Notes: a model not told the origin generated them from the sequence alone. A stretch of DNA of 64,000 bases from Candidatus Poribacteria bacterium (GCA_965197475.1 CBDANF010000002.1:896001-960000); one strand, 5' to 3'. Counted from the first letter of the stretch, positions 28,658-38,824 are shown. Numbers and translations: made by a program.

Positions 28658-29371
28658 TTGGAGGTATTCATCATGTGGTTTGGTTGGTTTGATCCAATGT
28701 ATTTCGTATTTCTCGCCCCTGGTCTTGCTTTATCGCTATATGCGACATGGAAGACAAAATCAACATTCTCTAAATATTCAAAAATCGGTTCGCAAAAGCG
28801 GATGACAGGCGCGCAAGCAGCAGCACTCATGTTGCAAAGAAGCGGCATTGATAATATCAAAATTGAACACACAGGTGGGTGGTTGAGTGACCACTACGAC
28901 CCCCGCAAAAAAGTCCTACGGTTGTCGAACGATGTGTACTCAAGTCATTCACTATCCGCAATTGGAGTTGCATGTCATGAAGCAGGGCATGCGATGCAGG
29001 ACGCAAACGGCTACGCAATGTTAAACCTCCGTAGTGCGCTTGTTCCAGTAACTAACTTTAGTTCTATTTTTTCGTATATCGTAATGATAGGCGGATTTCT
29101 TCTCCAGTTTAGAGGTTTAATATTGGTAGGTGTATGTCTATTTTCAGTGGGTGTAGTGTTTACACTGGTAACACTTCCAGTGGAATGGGATGCGAGTCGG
29201 CGAGCCAAAATTGCCATTGACGAGGTAGGGATGTTATCACCCGAAGAAAGTCGTCATGCAAGCAAAGTGCTTAATGCTGCATTTTTAACATATCTCGCAG
29301 CAGCAATTACAAGCCTGCTTACGCTTCTTTACTATCTGTTCCGGTTAGGGATTTTGGGTGGTGATGAATAA
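28658..29371 (+). CDS. Membrane zinc metallopeptidase (YugP / Zn_peptidase_2 family)
   Basis: LSDHYDP, VACHEAGHAMQ, TLPVEWDASRRA and AAFLTY motifs. Confidence 0.92.
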   Translation: MEVFIMWFGWFDPMYFVFLAPGLALSLYATWKTKSTFSKYSKIGSQKRMTGAQAAALMLQRSGIDNIKIEHTGGWLSDHYDPRKKVLRLSNDVYSSHSLSAIGVACHEAGHAMQDANGYAMLNLRSALVPVTNFSSIFSYIVMIGGFLLQFRGLILVGVCLFSVGVVFTLVTLPVEWDASRRAKIAIDEVGMLSPEESRHASKVLNAAFLTYLAAAITSLLTLLYYLFRLGILGGDE

Positions 29372-29376
29372 ATTAT

Positions 29377-29403
29377 GTAGATGGCGCGGCGTGGAACCGC
29401 GCC
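29377..29403. repeat. GTAG-led REP-like hairpin between convergent genes
   Basis: GTAG AT GGCGCGG CGTGGAA CCGCGCC. Confidence 0.5.
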
Positions 29404-29422
29404 TTTTAAGAATGTAAACGAT

Positions 29423-29851
29423 TCAACCCTTGCTCTCAATATCAACACCGGGCCACTGATCGTTCCGTTCGGTAATATCAACGACAATGCCGTCAGGGTC
29501 TTCAACTTTGAAAGCTTCAGAGGGCAACTCATTAGAGTTCGGGTTGTAAGGTTTGGTGCCATCTAAACCTTCCCAAGTAATTTCAAAGCCGAGGTCCTCA
29601 CACCGCTTTGCTGCTTCTCGCAAATCCGGAACGCGCACGCCGATGTGAAGATAGTCTAACATTCCACCGGCATGTTCGGGACGTTCTGGACCATTGTGCT
29701 GAAACACGCGAAAATTGTGATAACCGTCTGTCAGATCGTAGCATCCGTTTTTAGTTGAGGAAACGCTCAAACCGAGCGCATCGCGCCAGAAACGGATACT
29801 TTTTTCTAAATTCGTTGTGCGAACACCGATATGTACAAGTGTTGTTGACAT
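29423..29851 (-). CDS. VOC/glyoxalase family protein
   Basis: HIGVRTTNLEKSIRFW, HIGVRVPD and DPDGIVVD motifs. Confidence 0.88.
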   Translation of the reverse strand: MSTTLVHIGVRTTNLEKSIRFWRDALGLSVSSTKNGCYDLTDGYHNFRVFQHNGPERPEHAGGMLDYLHIGVRVPDLREAAKRCEDLGFEITWEGLDGTKPYNPNSNELPSEAFKVEDPDGIVVDITERNDQWPGVDIESKG

Positions 29852-29902
29852 GAATGATTCTCCTTTTTGGTAATGTAAGGAAGCACGAAATTTGTTTATC
29901 GC

Positions 29903-30694
29903 TTAGACCCATACAGTTGGTTCCCGATCTTCAGCGCGGTGTTCAAATAGCAGTTTGACACCATCCGGGAACTGGTCAAACGTTTCACCAGGGACCGTAG
30001 CGGTATTGACACCGAAGAGTTCCAAATTCAACCACCACGGAGCATACCTGACAACAACCGCAGTGCGGCGACCATCGCTTGGATTTTCTGCATTGGAATG
30101 CCAAATTCGGCTGTCCATGATAAGCACACTGCCCGCGCCACCGACGGCTTGCATTTCACCCTCAAGCGGGTTGCGATCACCGATGCCGTCCTCTTTGCCT
30201 CGCGGATTCCGGAGGTCAACATGTGACTTTGGTACAATCCAAGTGCCACCGTTTTCTGTCGTAAAATCGGTGAGCATCCACAGTGTCGTGATACCGATTA
30301 CAGCAGTCGGAAACGGTTGAGTGATATGCCATTTCTGGTTCAAATCATACGGAAAGTCAGAGTGATATGCACGCATCAATTTGTAATGTGGCGGTCGAAT
30401 CTTATACTCTGCTTGGGAGATACGCACCTGCGGTCCCAATAATTCGCGGATGACTGCAAGGAGACGTTCGTTCGCCAGATGTTCGGCAAAATGCGGCATA
30501 AAACTTATAACGTTGCGTTCCCATCTACCGTTTTCTTTGCTGAATTGGTTGTAGTCTTCTGATGAGGTTTCTACCTCTTCTCGAATTGAATCAACAACAT
30601 CTGTGGGAATAACATTCTCAAGCACACACCAACCTTCTTCACGCAGCTGCGTAATATAAGGATTGAGGGTTTCTGATAAATTATCAGTAGTCAT
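29903..30694 (-). CDS. Phytanoyl-CoA dioxygenase (PhyH) family protein
   Basis: YHSD (HxD), DFTTENGGTWIVPKSH, GSVLIMDSRIWH and distal R motif. Confidence 0.9.
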   Translation of the reverse strand: MTTDNLSETLNPYITQLREEGWCVLENVIPTDVVDSIREEVETSSEDYNQFSKENGRWERNVISFMPHFAEHLANERLLAVIRELLGPQVRISQAEYKIRPPHYKLMRAYHSDFPYDLNQKWHITQPFPTAVIGITTLWMLTDFTTENGGTWIVPKSHVDLRNPRGKEDGIGDRNPLEGEMQAVGGAGSVLIMDSRIWHSNAENPSDGRRTAVVVRYAPWWLNLELFGVNTATVPGETFDQFPDGVKLLFEHRAEDREPTVWV

Positions 30695-30753
30695 TCTGTC
30701 CTCCTTTGGAATACTGAAATTGGAAAGGATAATACAGTTCTACAGTCTAACTA

Positions 30754-30844
30754 ATACCAAATTGACTTGATCCCACTCGGTAGGTGCGGTTTCTAACCGC
30801 ACCTAATACCAAGAAAAATGAGATAAATCCGGTTAATTTGGTAT
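30754..30844. repeat. Single MITE-like unit with REP hairpin
   Basis: ATACCAAATTGAC...GTTAATTTGGTAT; internal GTAGGTGCGG-TTTCTAA-CCGCACC. Confidence 0.8.
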
Positions 30845-30889
30845 AATAAATCGTGTGAGGGGTTATAAACCCGAATTTCAACGTTCTAC

Positions 30890-31276
30890 TTAATCATCAC
30901 GCTCTTTGTTATGGCTAATTGCGACCTTAATAAGCGGTGTGAGACGCATAATTTTGCCGAGTGAACCGGTGATACCGATTTCGCGCGTTGTAATCGCACC
31001 CATGACGTTGAGTTCACCTGTCCAAAATTTGTATGCAACATCCCCTGTCATTGTCAGTTCCACATCGGGAGTAGCATCACTACGGACATCTCTGGAGATG
31101 GTATATTCACCATTCGCTGCAGTTAACGTCATTACACAATCTGGCATCGTATAATTAAATCTAACGCACAACGTCAGTGATTTGATAGTCTCTTGCGCTT
31201 CTGGTAAGGTGGCAATTTCTTCAAACAGTTCGCTGATATAACAATAAAGTTGATCTGGAGTTTCAAATATAGCCAT
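30890..31276 (-). CDS. SCP2 sterol-binding domain protein
   Basis: PDVELTMTGDVAYKFWTGELNVMGAITTREIGITGSL; likely start MAIFETPDQ. Confidence 0.75.
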   Translation of the reverse strand: MAIFETPDQLYCYISELFEEIATLPEAQETIKSLTLCVRFNYTMPDCVMTLTAANGEYTISRDVRSDATPDVELTMTGDVAYKFWTGELNVMGAITTREIGITGSLGKIMRLTPLIKVAISHNKERDD

Positions 31277-31307
31277 AGTTTGTGGTATAGCATACCTTAA
31301 TAACACA

Positions 31308-31937
31308 TTGAAGGTCAAATTAAAAATGAAAAAAAACCCTTTTCACTATTTTGTCAAAGGTTTTGAAAAAATAACGGATATGGATCCTTACAATAAGGAA
31401 GGAATTGTAGAAACATTCCAAGAATTTTATGGTCAGGACAATCTCCGATACAAATCACCTGCAGGTTATATAGACATAGTACAAACCCGTTTCCATATTT
31501 CACATTTATTTTTTAACGATAATTCCACTTTTTACGCGCCGCTATCAACACCAGAAACCGAATTGCTTAAGCGTACAAAAGATATATTGGATAAATATTT
31601 TTGTGGCGATCCAGTAGACTTCCGAGAAATTCCTGTTGCAGTAGAGATGGGAACTGCTTTTCAGGATGCGGTTTGGGATACTATTTATCAGATTCCGTAT
31701 GGCGAGGTACGCAGCTACAAATGGATAGCAGAACAGATTGGTAAACCGAAAGCTGTTCGCGCTGTAGGAAATGCTACTGGGAGCAATCCGATTTCAATTA
31801 TCATTCCGTGCCATCGTGTAATTGGGAGTAATGGCAATTTAGGCGGTTATGGTGGTGGTATTGAACGGAAACGTCAATTGCTAACGTTTGAAGGATATCC
31901 GATTGAGGTGTTAAAAAAACCGCGTGGGGGTTTTTGA
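31308..31937 (+). CDS. ogt: Methylated-DNA--protein-cysteine methyltransferase (start uncertain)
   Basis: GTAFQDAVW, IPYGEVRSY, RAVGNA and PCHRV active site. Confidence 0.92.
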   Translation: MKVKLKMKKNPFHYFVKGFEKITDMDPYNKEGIVETFQEFYGQDNLRYKSPAGYIDIVQTRFHISHLFFNDNSTFYAPLSTPETELLKRTKDILDKYFCGDPVDFREIPVAVEMGTAFQDAVWDTIYQIPYGEVRSYKWIAEQIGKPKAVRAVGNATGSNPISIIIPCHRVIGSNGNLGGYGGGIERKRQLLTFEGYPIEVLKKPRGGF

Positions 31938-33172
31938 TTGTGGAAAATAAGAAGTATAAAGGCAAATCAACCGAAGCTATTCATGCGGGAGAAGGGTTAC
32001 CGATACTTCCGACAGATGGGCAAGACTATCAGTCAGGAAAAACCGGTATTCCGTTACTACCACCTATCTATCAAAACAGCACTTTCCGTTTTCAGACAGC
32101 AGCGGAATGTGCATCAGCGTTTATTGATGAAGAGAGTGGTTATGTCTACACCCGATGGGGAAACCCTACGCAGAAGGTATTAGAACAGAAACTTGCAACA
32201 CTTGAGGCAGGAGAAGCCGCGTTAGCAACAGCCTCAGGGATGGGGGCAATTAGCACTGCACTGCTCACCGCCTTACCCGAAGGTGGACACGTTGTCGCGA
32301 TGGAAACCCTCTATTCAGCCACGTACAATCTGCTAAATGAAGAACTTGCGCGGATGGGAATTGAGACAACATTTGTGGATGCAACTGACCCCAACAAAAT
32401 TGAAAGTGCAATTCGTCCTGACACAAAGGTTATCTACATTGAAAGTCCTACCAACCCTTTACTCAAACTTGTTGACCTTGCTGCATGTGCCGATATCGCA
32501 AAGGCGCACAAGGTAACTTCAATTATTGACAATACGTTTGCAACGGCTTGCAGTCAGCAGCCAATTGTTCTTGGGATTGACGTAGTGCTTCACAGCATGA
32601 CAAAATACTTGAGTGGTAATGGGGCAGTTATCACTGGCGCGATAGTCGGGGAAAAAGAGTTCATTGTGCGCGCGCGAAAAGGGGCATTACGCAACTTCGG
32701 CGCAGTGATAAGTCCGTTCAATGCGTGGCTAACACTACTCGGCATACCGACCTTGCCGCTTCGGTTTGCGCGGCACTGTGAGAACGCAGCGAGCATCGCA
32801 GCATTTCTTGAGACACATCCTACAGTTGCGTGGGTTCGTTACCCAGGTTTGCCCAGTCATCCACAGCATGAACTTGCCAAACGCCAGATGAACGGATTCG
32901 GCGGTATGATTACAATGGAACTTAAAGGGGGACGTGCCGCGGGCGAACATCTTGTGAACCATCTTGAAATCTGCGCGCTTGCAGTTAGTTTAGGCGATGT
33001 GCGTACCTTAGTCTGTCATCCCGCGTCAACGACACACTCACATGTTCCAACCGAAGTCCGTCAGCAGACCGGTATCACAGATGGTTTAGTTAGGTTTTCA
33101 ATAGGTTTAGAGGATACTGAGGATATTATTGATGACCTTGAACAAGCGTTGGAATCACTTCTTTTTTTATAG
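31934..33172 (+). CDS. PLP-dependent Cys/Met metabolism enzyme (methionine gamma-lyase / cystathionine gamma-synthase family)
   Basis: YTRWGNPT, SGMGAI, ESPTNP, DNTFAT, SMTKY and HPASTTH motifs. Confidence 0.92.
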   Translation: MIVENKKYKGKSTEAIHAGEGLPILPTDGQDYQSGKTGIPLLPPIYQNSTFRFQTAAECASAFIDEESGYVYTRWGNPTQKVLEQKLATLEAGEAALATASGMGAISTALLTALPEGGHVVAMETLYSATYNLLNEELARMGIETTFVDATDPNKIESAIRPDTKVIYIESPTNPLLKLVDLAACADIAKAHKVTSIIDNTFATACSQQPIVLGIDVVLHSMTKYLSGNGAVITGAIVGEKEFIVRARKGALRNFGAVISPFNAWLTLLGIPTLPLRFARHCENAASIAAFLETHPTVAWVRYPGLPSHPQHELAKRQMNGFGGMITMELKGGRAAGEHLVNHLEICALAVSLGDVRTLVCHPASTTHSHVPTEVRQQTGITDGLVRFSIGLEDTEDIIDDLEQALESLLFL

Positions 33173-33200
33173 ATCCTCTGCGGCTAGGGTTGGATACTCT

Positions 33201-33292
33201 TGTGGGAGGCGTTTCCAACGCCGATTTTCTTATGTAACGTAAACTTTCAGTTGGTGCACGCACAATAGCACAAACTTTCAGTTTGCGCTACA
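33201..33292. repeat. Cluster of REP-like hairpins
   Basis: GGCGTT-TCC-AACGCC (~33208-33222); two copies of AAACTTTCAGTT, the second within TAGCACAAAC...GTTTGCGCTA, which reads GTAGCGCAAAC on the minus strand. Confidence 0.55.
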
Positions 33293-33566
33293 GCAGAAGA
33301 CAATCTGCAATACAGATGTACTATCTTAAGTTGACACATATTGAGTAGAACAACGTGAAACTTGACACTTCTTCAGATTTACAGCGTTTAGGTTGTTGGG
33401 TTTCGCTCCATCTATCTACACAAATGCGCAGCGAAATACAGTATTCTTCATGCCAAGATGATAGTATTTTGTCTTTTACCGCTCTTCCCAACCTACGATT
33501 ATACTTTCGCACTGCTGGTGTTACCGACAATCTTGTCCACCTGAAAATTCTGGTTCAAACAGAAAT

Positions 33567-33592
33567 GGCGAGGCACAGAGACCCCGCCCTAC
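33567..33592 (-). repeat. Free-standing GTAG REP hairpin related to the one inside the MITE units
   Basis: Minus strand GTAGGGCGGGGTCTCTGTGCCTCGCC resembles GTAGTGCGAGGTCCCCGTGCCTCGC at ~25414. Confidence 0.65.
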
Positions 33593-33698
33593 AATGTTAG
33601 CTAGGCATGGCAACGCTAAATTGAAGGTTAGAAACCCGTATCTGCCTGGTTTAGGGCGTAAACCAACGCGCTAAATTGCCATCTCACTACGACCTTAT

Positions 33699-34946
33699 TT
33701 ATTCTTCACCTATATGCTTTGCTTTCAACTTCTGGACATAACTCTCCGTGATTTTACGTGACGGATGTGAAGGGTTTTGATACGGATCTGGATAATCTTT
33801 CAGAAATTTTTCGTAGGCATCTATCGCTTGTTCAATATCACCAATTTCCTCATAAATCTGTCCGACTTTGTATTGTGCTATTAGGCGATGGTCGTATATA
33901 TGCATGGGGTCATCTGCAAATTTTTGAAAATCTTCAATTGCACGGGCAGTATCCTTGTTGCGATGTGCAATTTGAGCGATATAAAACTTCGAATTGGTAG
34001 TTTCCTTGTTATTCGGGTAGTTCTCTATTGCAGTCTCAAGTCGAGTAATAGCTTCGTCGTACTCTTCAAGATTGTCATACGCCCATGCGATATAGAAGTG
34101 TGCGTCCTCTCCGGAATTAGTATCAGGATAGAGGTCAATGACTTTCTGATAAGCTTTAACTGCTTCCTCATGTTTCCCTTCCTGCAAGTATGCTTGCGCA
34201 ATACCAAAACTTGCAGATGGTGCCAAGTTTGGGTCACCAGTGTCTATCACATTTTTAAATTCAATCCGTGCATTCTCATAGTCGTGCATATCATAGTATA
34301 TTCTTCCAATAGTGTATAAAATGCGATAAATAAGCGGATTATTCCTGAGTTCCATTTTGAGATTCTCAAATTGCGTCAGTGCTATAGTTAAATCGCCTCT
34401 CCCATAGTAACACATCGCAACATTAAACTGTGCTTCTTCTTGTAGCACACTACCAGGGTATATAGCGATTAATTGATTGAATAGGGCAATTGACCTATCG
34501 TAATACGCAGCAAGAGATTCAAGTGTGCCTGTCTTTTTTAATTCCTCTGCAATTCTATAGGTTGCGATAGCGATAGCGTACATTGAATCATCTGTCAATT
34601 CACTGTCAGGATAGTTATTAATTAATCGGCGGAACAGTGCAAAAGCCTCCTCATCTGTACGTGGGATCCGTGATGCCAACTGGTAAATAGCATCATCTGC
34701 CCACAAACTGTCTGGGTAATTTTCAAAAACTGCGCGATAGGCAGCACGCACTTTGCGCAATCGGTTTTTATCGGGTTCATCATACGATATAGGTGGAGTA
34801 TCTATCTGTTGGACTTTAGCCCAAGCTTTATCAGCGTTTTCGTAATACTGTGCATAATCATTAAAAGGACTTGTCAACCGTCCGATCCAAAAACCCACAG
34901 CAATGGCAATAATAACGCAAATTTCCACGATTATGAACTTTTTCAT
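33699..34946 (-). CDS. Membrane-anchored TPR protein (YbgF/BamD-like repeats)
   Basis: N-terminal TM; repeated YP(D/G)S...A.(Y/F) TPR pattern. Confidence 0.85.
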   Translation of the reverse strand: MKKFIIVEICVIIAIAVGFWIGRLTSPFNDYAQYYENADKAWAKVQQIDTPPISYDEPDKNRLRKVRAAYRAVFENYPDSLWADDAIYQLASRIPRTDEEAFALFRRLINNYPDSELTDDSMYAIAIATYRIAEELKKTGTLESLAAYYDRSIALFNQLIAIYPGSVLQEEAQFNVAMCYYGRGDLTIALTQFENLKMELRNNPLIYRILYTIGRIYYDMHDYENARIEFKNVIDTGDPNLAPSASFGIAQAYLQEGKHEEAVKAYQKVIDLYPDTNSGEDAHFYIAWAYDNLEEYDEAITRLETAIENYPNNKETTNSKFYIAQIAHRNKDTARAIEDFQKFADDPMHIYDHRLIAQYKVGQIYEEIGDIEQAIDAYEKFLKDYPDPYQNPSHPSRKITESYVQKLKAKHIGEE

Positions 34947-35430
34947 CCATTTTCTCCTTTCGGACTACTGAATACGGGATATCAATCTGAATTTTAACGC
35001 GGTTTTAAAAAGATGTCAAGATGTTTATTTTGAATAGCACAGAATTGTTTGAAGTTTCACCTTTTATAGTTGCCCATTCATTTTGGGCTATCGTTTATAT
35101 CTGTTGCTACAGAATGAGCAATTTATATGCCAAGTCCAAAACTGCTAACAAGCGAATTCGCAACCTGCTAAAATCTGCCTGCTGCACAAAAATGTGCATG
35201 TTCTGCTTAAGGTTGCACAATATGGGGCAACTAAAACTTAATCACTAAATCACCCAGATTCCCAACTACTCCTGAAAATTGTATGTGAAAATTAAACCGA
35301 TTAGTGCTATACTACTTTACTACAATGAAGTTGTAAAGCGCATAATCTAATTTGAACTTGGAAAAGATCAAATTTAGGTTCTGACACTATAGTATATCAC
35401 TTTTCAAACAACAGGATTAATCACAATCTC

Positions 35431-36612
35431 ATGAACATATCAGTTTTATTTCGTGCTATCACGATATCCTCTACCTTTGCGGCAACTGCTGCCACCGTTG
35501 AGATGCCAACTGAACCTCCATTTAATGTACGCCAAAATTTTGAGTTGCCGTCTTTTTACCGACAGTGGATTGATGTAGGTGGATTCCCCGTTGTAGCATC
35601 GGAAAAGGTGAATCCAAACGCTATGCAAGAGGCAGCATGGTTGATTCAGCGTATGATCGGACACCGTCCAGATTTACTGCAAGCGTTGGTACAAAACAGT
35701 GTCCGTTTCTCCGTCATGGCTTATGATGAGATGACGACAGAGATTCCCGAACATAGCGATCTAAAACCTGATTTCTATTGGGATCGGCGAGCGCGCGGCT
35801 TGGGTGCTACGTCCGCACGTCCGTCAACAAGTTGCGGTGAAGAAAATCTGCTTAATTATCCGGGGGATCCGTACCTGACTGAGAATATCCTGATTCACGA
35901 ATTCAGTCATGCTATACACCAAATGGGGCTTAGTACCGTTGACCCAGATTTTGATAAACGGCTTAAGACTTTGTATGAAGTAGCGATGGAAAAAGGATTA
36001 TGGAAAGGCACTTATGCTTCCACAAACAAGGAAGAGTATTGGGCTGAAGGCACGCAATCTTGGTTCAATGCGAACCGGGAAAACGATGCACAACATAACC
36101 ATGTCAGCAAACGGAAAATATTGAAAGAGTATGATCCGGATTTGGCAACGTTGTTAACTGAAATCTATGGTGATACCGACTGGTGGTATACTACGGCTTT
36201 AACGCGCACCGAGCTACCGCATTTGCAAGGATTCGATCCCGATAATTCGCCAAAGTTTGAATGGCCTGCTGAACTGACTGCGTGCTATGAACAGTTGTTT
36301 GACCAGAATTGCGCTGGCGATGACAAATGGACGGATTTGAACCGATATGAACCGAGTCAACTTTCAACTCTAAAATCAAATGACGGTGAGCATACTGCAG
36401 TCCTTTTTGTGAACAAAACTGAATCAGATATTACCTACCATTGGATAGATGCTGAGGGCAATGAGTCATACCGTGGACGTGCCGCTTCTAATGCATACAG
36501 CATTCACCATACGCATGCCGGTCATATCTGGCTCGTCAAGAACCAACACGGAGAAGACATAGCCGTGTTTCAATCTGAAGAAAAAACCGGTCGGGCATTT
36601 ATCGGGGAGTAA
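35431..36612 (+). CDS. Zinc metallopeptidase-like protein (HExxH...E) with C-terminal VHL beta-domain
   Basis: ILIHEFSHAIH and YASTNKEEYWAEG; C-terminal FVNKTESDITYHWIDAEG...THAGHIWLV. Confidence 0.75.
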   Translation: MNISVLFRAITISSTFAATAATVEMPTEPPFNVRQNFELPSFYRQWIDVGGFPVVASEKVNPNAMQEAAWLIQRMIGHRPDLLQALVQNSVRFSVMAYDEMTTEIPEHSDLKPDFYWDRRARGLGATSARPSTSCGEENLLNYPGDPYLTENILIHEFSHAIHQMGLSTVDPDFDKRLKTLYEVAMEKGLWKGTYASTNKEEYWAEGTQSWFNANRENDAQHNHVSKRKILKEYDPDLATLLTEIYGDTDWWYTTALTRTELPHLQGFDPDNSPKFEWPAELTACYEQLFDQNCAGDDKWTDLNRYEPSQLSTLKSNDGEHTAVLFVNKTESDITYHWIDAEGNESYRGRAASNAYSIHHTHAGHIWLVKNQHGEDIAVFQSEEKTGRAFIGE

Positions 36613-36668
36613 TATGCCATTATGGTATTTGTCAAACTCACTTTAACACATCAATTCGAGAGTATTGG

Positions 36669-37397
36669 TTAAATAATGATATTCATGTTTTCTATTCCGT
36701 CGAGTTTTAAAATGTCAAACACGTTGCCATTGACACGAAATCGTGCGAACAAAGCAATCGTCAAATCCACCATTTCTATGCTTTTGGAAACAATAATGGA
36801 CTTGCGCTTGAAGCGTCCGAACCAGTGGCGCATCCGACCATTGTTGCGTTCAATGCGATGCGTCTCCGCTTTATCCTGAACATGTTTTACGGCAGGTAGG
36901 ACCGACTCATAGACCTGCCATTTGTCTGTGTAATATATCTTAGCATTGAGGGTTGAGAGCCTTGCCGTGAGTTTTTCAAGGGTTTGTTTATCACGCCCAC
37001 CACATTCCCAGTCAATGAGGTATCCTGTGTTTCTGTCAAGTGCCTTCCATATCCAGAGTTTGTTTTTCTTGTTCCCAATATAGTGCCACATCTCATCAAG
37101 TTCCAAGCAGGCGGTGGTGCCGGGTGTGAGTGTTTGTTTCGGTGCCTGTTTTTTAGCAAAGGTGCGTATCCATTGAAGCACAGTTGTTACGTGGCATCCG
37201 ACAAGTTTTGAGATAGCATTCATTGAGATGCCGTGGCAATATAAGAGAACGGCGAGAGTTTTCTGTGCTTGTGGTTTCCCCCGGGGTGTTGTGCGCGTCC
37301 ATTGATAACCGCAGTTTTTGCATTTATAGCGTTGTTTAGTTTTGACGAACCCGTTTTTGACGAAGTGAGTGTGTTGACATCTTGGGCAATTCTTCAT
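36669..37397 (-). CDS. IS1-family transposase, single in-frame ORF
   Basis: Zn ribbon CPRC...RYKCKNC, HTH, ELDEMWHYIG, YYTDKWQVY and IERNN (DDE) motifs. Confidence 0.92.
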   Translation of the reverse strand: MKNCPRCQHTHFVKNGFVKTKQRYKCKNCGYQWTRTTPRGKPQAQKTLAVLLYCHGISMNAISKLVGCHVTTVLQWIRTFAKKQAPKQTLTPGTTACLELDEMWHYIGNKKNKLWIWKALDRNTGYLIDWECGGRDKQTLEKLTARLSTLNAKIYYTDKWQVYESVLPAVKHVQDKAETHRIERNNGRMRHWFGRFKRKSIIVSKSIEMVDLTIALFARFRVNGNVFDILKLDGIENMNIII

Positions 37398-37433
37398 GGT
37401 GTCCTCTATAGAGCAGCGAGTTTGTTTTCAATA

Positions 37434-37520
37434 AGGATATAGGTTTTAGATACATCTGTCAATCAAAATCAGTTTATTAGTTTGATTTTGATTGACAATT
37501 TTTGTCATAAGTGTTATCAT
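37434..37520. promoter_or_regulatory. Back-to-back promoters built on a 15-bp inverted repeat inside the IS
   Basis: TGTCAATCAAAATCA (37457-37471) / TGATTTTGATTGACA (37483-37497). Plus strand: TTGACA-17-TATCAT with extended TG. Minus strand: TTGACA-17-TATCCT. Confidence 0.65.
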
Positions 37521-37634
37521 TAACTCTACTCTAATTGAAATGTGATGCAGAGTGGTTCAGAGGGTACCCACTAATTACCGCATCATTATTTAACCAATAC
37601 CCTCATCAATTCTATTCATCTTGGGAGAATCTTA

Positions 37635-38651
37635 ATGAAAAAAATCTGTTTTCGGATTTTCGTATTAGTTTTAACGATTTTATTGGTAACACCGCTACTT
37701 GCTGAAAATGGCGAGAGTGTTCTGGATAAAGTAAAAAATAGAGGACGACTGATATGTGGGGTGAACAAAGAATTGCCCGGTTTCGGTTACCTTGGTCAGG
37801 ATGGTAAATGGAAAGGCTTTGACGTAGATTTTGGTCGAGCGATTGCAGCTGCAGTCTTGGGCGATCCGAATAAAGTTGAGTTCCGATCATTAAAGGGGGC
37901 AGACCGTTTTCCCGCGCTTCAGACAGGTGAAATAGATGTTTTAATCCGAAACACTACTTGGACGTTGACCCGCGACACAGCAAACGGTGCAGACTTCGCT
38001 CCACCTACCTTTTACGATGGGCAAGGCTTCATGCTCCGCAAAGACCTGGGTGTAACATCACTTAAGGAGTTGGATGGTGCAACTATTGGTGTCACTGCAG
38101 GCAGCACCACTGAGTTAAATCTTGCTGATACTATGCGGGCTTTGGGAATCAAAGTTGAATCTATTGTTTTTGATGAAACGGAGACGCTTTACCAAAGTTA
38201 TGATCAGGGACGTTGTGATGCTGTGACCAGCGACAAGTCCCAATTAATTTCCCGCCGTCAATACTTGAAAAATCCCGATGACCATATTATCCTTGATGTA
38301 ACCATTTCAAAGGAACCTTTGGGACCTGTTACTGTCCACGGAGACAACAAGTGGAATGATGTCGTGAGTTGGGTCGTTTATGCCACGTTCTTTGCGGAGG
38401 AACATGGAATTACGCAAGCTAATGTAAAAACCTATAAAACCGGAAAACTTGAAATAAAACGTTTCCTCGGCGAGACCGGAGATATGGGAAAGAAACTTGG
38501 CTTACCTAATGGCTGGGCGCGTCAAGTCATTACTGCTGTCGGCAATTATGGCGAAATCTTTGAACGGAACCTTACACCTCTCGGTCTTCCGCGCGGTGTT
38601 AATAAACCGTGGACGCAGGGCGGTCTGCTCTACGCGATGCCGTTCCGTTAG
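37635..38651 (+). CDS. aapJ: General L-amino acid ABC transporter substrate-binding protein
   Basis: GFDVDFGRAIAAAVLGD, RNTTWTLTRD, FYDGQGF, ISKEPLGP and VGNYGEIFERN motifs. Confidence 0.9.
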   Translation: MKKICFRIFVLVLTILLVTPLLAENGESVLDKVKNRGRLICGVNKELPGFGYLGQDGKWKGFDVDFGRAIAAAVLGDPNKVEFRSLKGADRFPALQTGEIDVLIRNTTWTLTRDTANGADFAPPTFYDGQGFMLRKDLGVTSLKELDGATIGVTAGSTTELNLADTMRALGIKVESIVFDETETLYQSYDQGRCDAVTSDKSQLISRRQYLKNPDDHIILDVTISKEPLGPVTVHGDNKWNDVVSWVVYATFFAEEHGITQANVKTYKTGKLEIKRFLGETGDMGKKLGLPNGWARQVITAVGNYGEIFERNLTPLGLPRGVNKPWTQGGLLYAMPFR

Positions 38652-38661
38652 AATCTGTTTC

Positions 38662-38824
38662 TTGTCTGAACCAGGATTCTCAGGATTATAGGATTACCAG
38701 GATTTCCCTCATCAAATCTTTTTCCTGTGTCATGCGCTGATGTGAATACTGCGGGTTTAGTTCTTTGTTGCGGAGACTGCTAATCCTGAAAATCTGGTAA
38801 TCTTGTCCATCCTGGTTCAGACAA
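38662..38824. repeat. 163-bp element with ~43-bp imperfect inverted arms made of AGGATT subrepeats
   Basis: Perfect 16-bp ends TTGTCTGAACCAGGAT / ATCCTGGTTCAGACAA; AGGATT at 38673, 38682, 38690 and 38699, mirrored on the right arm. Confidence 0.8.

Larger units (their letters stand above)
36658..37604 (-). mobile_element. IS1-family insertion sequence, 947 bp
   Basis: 23-bp TIRs with one mismatch (36658-36680, 37582-37604); 8-bp target duplication ATCAATTC at 36650-36657 and 37605-37612. Confidence 0.92.

Noticed and set aside
33321-35248. Short intergenic ORFs at 33321-33600 and 35021-35248 (likewise 19882-20097 and 28381-28596)
   Set aside because: No motifs or clear RBS; several overlap repeats or promoter-like DNA.
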